From the NCBI GenBank assembly GCA_016840855.1, contig JAEORO010000069.1, positions 1 through 64,000 of the forward strand: a stretch of 64,000 bases of DNA, in the 5' to 3' direction. The notes beneath the pieces were generated by a model that was not told where the DNA came from, ran no database searches, and was given only the letters and a program-made list of their open reading frames with translations. This document shows, piece after piece, positions 58,245-64,000 of this stretch. The position numbers and the translations under genes are program-made. The stretch is from Candidatus Thorarchaeota archaeon (GTDB lineage Archaea > Asgardarchaeota > Thorarchaeia > Thorarchaeales > Thorarchaeaceae). Positions within the stretch are counted from its first letter, which is position 1. The number at the start of each line of letters is the position of its first letter.

Positions 58245-58428
58245 CTACAGTCCAAATTACATCCGCGTATGGAAAATGTCAAGTATAATCCTTACTGTGA
58301 TAGACCCATTTTTGTATTACTCATCATTCTTACAAATCGCAATGATAGCTCGACAATATACTCAGAACTATTATTAACCCAACAATGGCAGAAATAAATG
58401 GTAGTGAAAATTAGGACGTTGTGCCACC

Positions 58429-59025
58429 GTGATGGAAGACGCTAGCCACATGCTCAAAATGGTCGCTCTAGGTAATGGAGCAGTAGGCAAGACTAGCTGT
58501 ATTAAGAGATATACGGAAGACAGCTTTAGCGAACGCTATATAGCTACTATTGGCACAACATTTGCTCTAAAAACAGTAAATACTGTATCACCAAGTGGCA
58601 GTACAATTACAGCACGAGTTGTCCTTTGGGATCTTGCAGGACAACCCACCTACAACGAGCTGAGAAGAAGGTATATGGCCGGCGCTTCAATGGCTATCAT
58701 AGTGTACGATGTGACTCGACCTCAGACTTTTTTGGACATTGGTGAGTGGTTCACCAAGTTTATCACTGTGTGTCCAAATGCTGTGGTCGCGGTTGTTGCT
58801 AACAAGATTGACCGCGAAGACAGATTGGTTCCTCCAGAAGCTGGAAAAATGGTCACGCAATGGTTGGATGTCTTGCACTATGAAACTTCAGCTAAGACGG
58901 GTGAAAACATCAACACCCTCTTTACTGATTTAGTTCAAAGGGCAGTGGCAAAGCAAGCTGAATTGGGTCAGCTTGATCAATTGTCTGGAACCCAACCACC
59001 AAAACCATTCAAGCTAGGCGTCTGA
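58429..59025 (+). CDS. Rab-like small GTPase
   Basis: GNGAVGKTS, TIG, WDLAGQ, NKID and ETSAKTG. Confidence 0.93.
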   Translation: MMEDASHMLKMVALGNGAVGKTSCIKRYTEDSFSERYIATIGTTFALKTVNTVSPSGSTITARVVLWDLAGQPTYNELRRRYMAGASMAIIVYDVTRPQTFLDIGEWFTKFITVCPNAVVAVVANKIDREDRLVPPEAGKMVTQWLDVLHYETSAKTGENINTLFTDLVQRAVAKQAELGQLDQLSGTQPPKPFKLGV

Positions 59026-59051
59026 GAGGACTACTAGGAAGGATTTGGATA

Positions 59052-59585
59052 GTGTCAAAACTTCAATATTTGAAAGGTGGAATTGGACATCTTTTTCTTC
59101 TCATGATAAATTTCTCCGTTTTGGTTGGAATTATTGAAAGTCTTCAGCTCTTCACACCGTTCTTACCAACTCTGAATGCATTGGTTTTAGGGTACATGCT
59201 GTGCCATACTTTCATTCTTCTGTCGATTCAACAAGGCATCCAAATTCTAGAGTTCATTCGATTGCGTATGCCCACCGTTCTCATCGCATATTACTTTCAG
59301 ATTAGCGATCAAGAAACCATAAAGGTGCCACTTTTTGATCCTACTAAAAGCAGGTTGGCTGTGTTTATTCTCCTTCTTGTAATAACTGGGGGACCAATCC
59401 TTTATCCAATTTTCGCGGTGTATGGATTCCTATTGGTGTGGGGACATTTCGCCATTATAGCTCTGGATCCCGCAAGGATCGTATGGTACTTTGGGATATT
59501 CATAAATTATGCTCCTCCATTATTACTCATTATTGCAGCAATAATTGTTGGTTCTATAGTAATGATAGAAATGAAACATGTGTAG
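59052..59585 (+). CDS. Hypothetical multi-pass membrane protein
   Basis: About four hydrophobic segments; 26 nt after the GTPase stop. Confidence 0.75.
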   Translation: MSKLQYLKGGIGHLFLLMINFSVLVGIIESLQLFTPFLPTLNALVLGYMLCHTFILLSIQQGIQILEFIRLRMPTVLIAYYFQISDQETIKVPLFDPTKSRLAVFILLLVITGGPILYPIFAVYGFLLVWGHFAIIALDPARIVWYFGIFINYAPPLLLIIAAIIVGSIVMIEMKHV

Positions 59586-59588
59586 TCG

Positions 59589-60884
59589 TCAGAAACGGAA
59601 TCTTGAATCTACAATTGTATCAGTTCTCCTTGGACCAACAGAAACCATAGCTACCTTTGATCCAGTTGATCTTTCTATAAAACCGATATAATTTTGTAAT
59701 TGACTAGGAAGGTTGTTAAAATCGCTATGTTCAGGAGAAGGTTCAATCTCTTCTGTCCAACCCGCCATCTCATCATAGATAGGAACAACCTCTGAAAGCA
59801 TTTCTGTGTAACTGGGAAATGTCGAAGTTTCAGTACCGTTTACATCATATGCTACGCAGACTTTTAGAGGATTAATGCCTGTTAGAACATCGACTTTGGT
59901 CAAAGCAAGGTGTGAGCACCCATTTATACGAATGGCATATCTTAGTGCAACTAAATCTAACCATCCACATCTTCGTGGACGACCAGTAACCGTTCCAAAC
60001 TCTTTCCCTCGGTTCTGCATTCTATGACCAATGTCATCTTTAAGTTCTGTAGGAAATGGTCCGGTTCCAACGCGTGTCATGTAAGCCTTGCAGACACCTA
60101 GTACAGCGTCAAGCCTTGAAAATGGTACTCCGGTCCCAACAGATGCAGCTGCAGAAACGCAATTTGAACTAGTAACAAAGGGATAAGTCCCATGGTCTAT
60201 GTCGAGGAGAGTTCCTTGAGCACCCTCAAAAAGAACGCGTTTGCCTGTATTGAATGCCGACTCCAAGTACTCTCCTGAATCACCTACATATGGTAGCAAC
60301 TTCTTAATGATAGACGAAAATGATTCCAATGAAGCTATGTATGGGTCATCAACTACTGTCCCATATATCTTCTCAATGATTGATTTTGCTGAAGACTCTA
60401 ACACTGACCACTGTTCACTATTACGTTGAGTAAAATCACTGAGCCTGACGCCTACTCTAGCCACTTTATCACAGTACGTAGGACCTATTCCTCTTTTTGT
60501 GGTTCCGAGTTTCATGTTTCCTTTGGCAGTCTCGTTAAGACCATCAATCTGAATGTGAAAAGGTGTAATCAGATGTGCGCGGTCACTGATCAACAGATCA
60601 ATCTCTATCTTAGCCTCTCGAAGAGCCTCAATTTCTTCTATAAGAACTGTAGGGTCAATAACAACACCATTACCAATCACCGTTCTCTTTCCACGTACTG
60701 CACCGGTAGGCATGATTCTGAATTTGTGAGTGTCGTTTGCAACTATTACCGTGTGCCCTGCGTTACTACCACCTTGAAATCTGACAACAATATCGAAGTT
60801 CTCGGATAAGACATCAACAATCTTACCTTTACCTTCATCACCCCATTGAAGACCTATGACGACCAAGCCCTGCGGAGATTTCAT
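59589..60884 (-). CDS. purA: Adenylosuccinate synthetase
   Basis: QWGDEGKGK, GGSNAGHT, GTTKRGIGP, EGAQG and GTVTGRPRRCGW. Start moved to the ATG at 60884. Confidence 0.97.
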   Translation of the reverse strand: MKSPQGLVVIGLQWGDEGKGKIVDVLSENFDIVVRFQGGSNAGHTVIVANDTHKFRIMPTGAVRGKRTVIGNGVVIDPTVLIEEIEALREAKIEIDLLISDRAHLITPFHIQIDGLNETAKGNMKLGTTKRGIGPTYCDKVARVGVRLSDFTQRNSEQWSVLESSAKSIIEKIYGTVVDDPYIASLESFSSIIKKLLPYVGDSGEYLESAFNTGKRVLFEGAQGTLLDIDHGTYPFVTSSNCVSAAASVGTGVPFSRLDAVLGVCKAYMTRVGTGPFPTELKDDIGHRMQNRGKEFGTVTGRPRRCGWLDLVALRYAIRINGCSHLALTKVDVLTGINPLKVCVAYDVNGTETSTFPSYTEMLSEVVPIYDEMAGWTEEIEPSPEHSDFNNLPSQLQNYIGFIERSTGSKVAMVSVGPRRTDTIVDSRFRF

Positions 60885-60990
60885 AATCCGGAGCGATATT
60901 CGGTTGTAGATAACCATTCTGCCTAATGTTGGATTTAGGTTGTCATGGTCTAATTTAAATTCCAGAGCGCCTTTTGATTGTCGATAGATA

Positions 60991-62343
60991 TTGAAGAGAC
61001 CTGATGTTGTCATTGTTGGAGCTGGTTCCGCAGGATGTGTCACTGCAAGAAGGTGTGCAGAGCTTGGGCTGAAAACACTTCTTTTGGATAGAAAACCAAA
61101 GGAAGAAATCGGTCAAAAAGTATGTGGAGATGAGGTTAGTAAGGCTCATTTTGAAGCGACAGGGATAGATTACCCAGAGGACAAAGAAATTTCATCAGTA
61201 ATTTCGGGAGCTGATGTCTATCCTCCCAACATGAAAAACGAATTAAAGGTCAGAGATTGGGCGGATTTTGATGGATGGACGGTAAATCGACTCATCTTTG
61301 GGCAAAGACTCTTGCGTGAAGCTATTAGCGCTGGAGCGACATTCATGCCCAATATCCATGTTGGAAGCCCCATGATGATAGGCGATCAGGTCACAGGTGT
61401 CCAGTACAAAGACCTCTCCTCAGGAGATTCAGTCATCATAAAGAGTAAGGTCGTTGTTGATGCCAGTGGATTTGCAGCAGTGATTAGAAACAAATTGGAC
61501 AATGCTCTAGTCGAGAACGACATCAGCAAAGAGGACATCGCACTCTGCTATAGAGAAATTCTCACCTTGAAGATGCCTTTAGCTGAGCCTGAAGTAGCTC
61601 GTGTCTTTCTTGGAGGCGAAATTGCACCAAAAGGGTATGGCTGGATTTTTCCGAAGGGTGCAAAAGTAGTTAATGCAGGCATTGGTATAACTGGAGGAGA
61701 TGGTCGAGGCTCGCCCAAATCACATTTTGTGAAGTTTAAAGAAACCTATCCACTTCTTTTTGGGACTAAGGTGATTGATGGAAAAGGAGGCGCAGTGCCA
61801 GTTCGACGACCACTAAAGAGTCTAGTTGGAGATGGTATTGCTTTTGTTGGAGATGCAGCATTACAAGTCAATCCAATCCATGGTGGTGGGATAGGAGCTG
61901 GAATGAGAGCGGGAATAATCCTAGGTGAAGTAGTACGAGGTGCGATAGCTAGAAGGGATGTTTCTGCAAATGGACTTTGGTCATATAACACAAGATATCT
62001 CTCGAGTTTTGGTCAAAGGCTTGCATCACTTGAAATCTTCAGGAGACTCCTCCAAAGTGTTTCTGATGAAGATATGGACTTTGGTTTCGAACGGAAACTC
62101 TTGGAAGCAGAGGACCTGATGGCTGCAAATCGTGGTGATGGTTTCTCACTTAGTATCGTTGATAAATTAAAGAGAGTAAAAAGAGGAGCAGGTAGAATTT
62201 CACTCTTAATCAAATTACAAAAAGCTGCGGGATTGATGAAGAAAATGAATAAAGCATACAGCAACTACCCTAACAGCCCTGACAAACTTGATAGCTGGGA
62301 AAAAACTGTTCTAGATATTATTGAATCAGCTAATTTCGAATAG
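60991..62343 (+). CDS. Geranylgeranyl reductase family (DGGR-like) FAD oxidoreductase
   Basis: GAGSAG, KVCG, GYGWIFPK and VGDAA..NPIHGGGI. Confidence 0.92.
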   Translation: MKRPDVVIVGAGSAGCVTARRCAELGLKTLLLDRKPKEEIGQKVCGDEVSKAHFEATGIDYPEDKEISSVISGADVYPPNMKNELKVRDWADFDGWTVNRLIFGQRLLREAISAGATFMPNIHVGSPMMIGDQVTGVQYKDLSSGDSVIIKSKVVVDASGFAAVIRNKLDNALVENDISKEDIALCYREILTLKMPLAEPEVARVFLGGEIAPKGYGWIFPKGAKVVNAGIGITGGDGRGSPKSHFVKFKETYPLLFGTKVIDGKGGAVPVRRPLKSLVGDGIAFVGDAALQVNPIHGGGIGAGMRAGIILGEVVRGAIARRDVSANGLWSYNTRYLSSFGQRLASLEIFRRLLQSVSDEDMDFGFERKLLEAEDLMAANRGDGFSLSIVDKLKRVKRGAGRISLLIKLQKAAGLMKKMNKAYSNYPNSPDKLDSWEKTVLDIIESANFE

Positions 62344-62373
62344 AGAAAGGTGGATGGTCTCTGGGAGACCATC
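62341..62373 (-). terminator. Stem-loop between convergent GGR and radA
   Basis: GATGGTCTC-TGG-GAGACCATC (9-bp stem, 62353-62373), followed on the minus strand by CACCTTTCTCTA. Confidence 0.6.
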
Positions 62374-62386
62374 AATACTTCTATGA

Positions 62387-63442
62387 TCAAACGTCACGAA
62401 TGCCTTCTTTCAAGACGGTGAATACCGCTTCACCTTCAGGAAGATTAGGCGAGTCTACAAGACGACAGATCCTTCGTTCGCCCTTTGACTTTCTGAGATA
62501 GCAGCGGGTTTGAGGTACATGTGCAAGTACATGTCCACCTACTGGAGCGGTTGGATCTCCAAAGAAAGCATCAGGTCGAGACATCACTTGATTTGTGATG
62601 TAAACAGCCATGTTGTTAATCTCTGCGCCTCGCTGAAGATGGTGCAGATGCTTGTTTAACTTCTGCTGCCTTGCTGCAAGAGTGCCTCTACCGGTATATT
62701 CTGCTCTGAAATGACTTGTGACTGAGTCTACGACTAGCAACTTGGCATTGTGCTCAGTAGCCATTTCCATGGCTTGATCACAAAGTAGGATCTGATGATC
62801 TGAATTATAGGCACGAGCCCATACGACATTCTTCAGAACTTTTGCACTATCCATTCCATATGCTTCAGCCATGTCAACAAGACGTTCTGGTCGAAAGGTA
62901 CCTTCAGTGTCAACGTAGATGGCTTTTGCATTCAATCCACCATCTTCAGGCAAGCGTTGTATATTTACGCATAATTGATGCGCCATTTGAGTCTTTCCAG
63001 ATCTGAAAGAACCATACATCTCAGTAATAGATTGTGTTTCAATGCCGCCACCAAACAATTCATCGAGAGCTTTCGATCCTGTTGAAATTCTACCAGCAGT
63101 TCTTCGGCGTTCGAGAAGAAGGTCCGCTGTTTCGAAACCGATATCCAGCATCTCACGAGCTGCTTTGATAATCTTCGTAGCAGTCGTTTCACCAATTGAT
63201 CCTGCAGCAGCAAGTTCACCTGGTGATGCAACAGCGATTGCTTCAACATTCTTATAGCCGGACTCAGCTAGACGTTTTCCAATAGCTGGACCTACACCCG
63301 GAAGATCAGTGACTTCAATGCCTGAAACGCTGGAGTCATCTCCTCCGGAGTCTTCTAATGTTTCTTCTTCAGTTCCTTCAAATTCCTCGTAATCCATTTC
63401 CTCGTCGTCGTGTTCTTCATCTGCTGCCTTCTTTGGTGACAA
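62387..63442 (-). CDS. radA: DNA repair and recombination protein RadA
   Basis: HhH LPGVGP, FETA polymerisation motif, Walker A GSFRSGKT, DTEGTFRPER and GRGTLAARQQ. Confidence 0.98.
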   Translation of the reverse strand: MSPKKAADEEHDDEEMDYEEFEGTEEETLEDSGGDDSSVSGIEVTDLPGVGPAIGKRLAESGYKNVEAIAVASPGELAAAGSIGETTATKIIKAAREMLDIGFETADLLLERRRTAGRISTGSKALDELFGGGIETQSITEMYGSFRSGKTQMAHQLCVNIQRLPEDGGLNAKAIYVDTEGTFRPERLVDMAEAYGMDSAKVLKNVVWARAYNSDHQILLCDQAMEMATEHNAKLLVVDSVTSHFRAEYTGRGTLAARQQKLNKHLHHLQRGAEINNMAVYITNQVMSRPDAFFGDPTAPVGGHVLAHVPQTRCYLRKSKGERRICRLVDSPNLPEGEAVFTVLKEGIRDV

Positions 63443-63644
63443 ATAGAAGACCTCCCATTATCACTCAACTTTGATCTTCAGATTTTGTTGAGTATCTAGA
63501 CGTGATAGTGTTGATTCACTGAGTATAAAAATAGCACTAGTGAACAGACCGAGTGATTAGACTATAACACTTCTAAAGAAGTTGACTCTATATACATCAA
63601 TCATTCCTAGATTCGTTACAATAATGATGTAATAGTAATCAGTT

Positions 63645-64000
63645 TCAACCACGCGTTAATGTGACAAGAATAAACTCTTCTTGAGGAGCGATTCGAATTC
63701 CACCCATGTTTGTTTGTATCTGAATGAATGCTAACTCTCCGCCTTCTTTAACACCTCTGACTATCTCCCAAGTCTTGCCAATCAATGCGCTTAGAAGTGC
63801 AGAAATTTCTTCGGCACGCTCTAGCGTAACACCCCAAGTGTTTATGGGAAATCCTTCAGGGCTTATGAATAATGCAGCATAGACATCTGGAAACTTGCTT
63901 GTAATATTTTGAATAATCCTCTCGAATATTTCACGCTTTGGCATTGCTGGCATGTTTTTGTACACATCCATAGCAGTTTCTGGGTGTTCTGTATCTGAAA
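63645..64000 (-). CDS. Roadblock/LC7 domain protein (frame open to the window edge, possibly 5'-truncated)
   Basis: FISPEGFPI, ISALLSAL and ELAFIQI; no in-frame stop between 63971 and 64000. Confidence 0.8.
   Translation of the reverse strand, partial: SDTEHPETAMDVYKNMPAMPKREIFERIIQNITSKFPDVYAALFISPEGFPINTWGVTLERAEEISALLSALIGKTWEIVRGVKEGGELAFIQIQTNMGGIRIAPQEEFILVTLTRG

Noticed and set aside
60885-61043. 53-aa N-terminal extension of PurA in the ORF track
   Set aside because: It overlaps the divergent GGR gene and its promoter; homology begins at MKSPQGLVVIG (ATG 60884).

Overview
Gene-dense archaeal chromosome segment of about 40% GC (estimated by eye). It is almost certainly from an Asgard archaeon, probably Thorarchaeia-like (inference). 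The evidence is archaeal RadA, aRF1, PheRS, geranylgeranyl reductase and crenarchaeal-type SSB together with eukaryotic-signature genes (three roadblock/LC7 proteins, two Rab-like small GTPases). The left part (1-15.5 kb) holds mixed housekeeping, membrane and protease genes. The middle (15.8-46.4 kb) is an anaerobic catabolic island: W/Mo aldehyde oxidoreductase, F420-type LLM, two DUF917 proteins with a racemase, a nucleotidyltransferase/phosphoesterase pair, an APC permease, three FAD-linked oxidases with two CCG Fe-S proteins, and a glycyl radical enzyme in an operon with KDG kinase and KDPG aldolase. The right part holds information-processing and signalling genes. Best leads: (1) a Cas4-like Fe-S nuclease split over two coupled genes, each with its own transmembrane anchor; (2) a glycyl radical enzyme with a non-canonical active site that may be a radical sugar-acid dehydratase feeding the Entner-Doudoroff pathway; (3) an unannotated, perfectly nested ~170-nt structured element between ssb and ino1; (4) a site-1-protease-like subtilase and a cytoplasmic caspase-clan (C25-like) protease; (5) a structured pheS leader. 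I saw no rRNA, tRNA, CRISPR array or transposase. All family calls come from motif recognition, not database searches.
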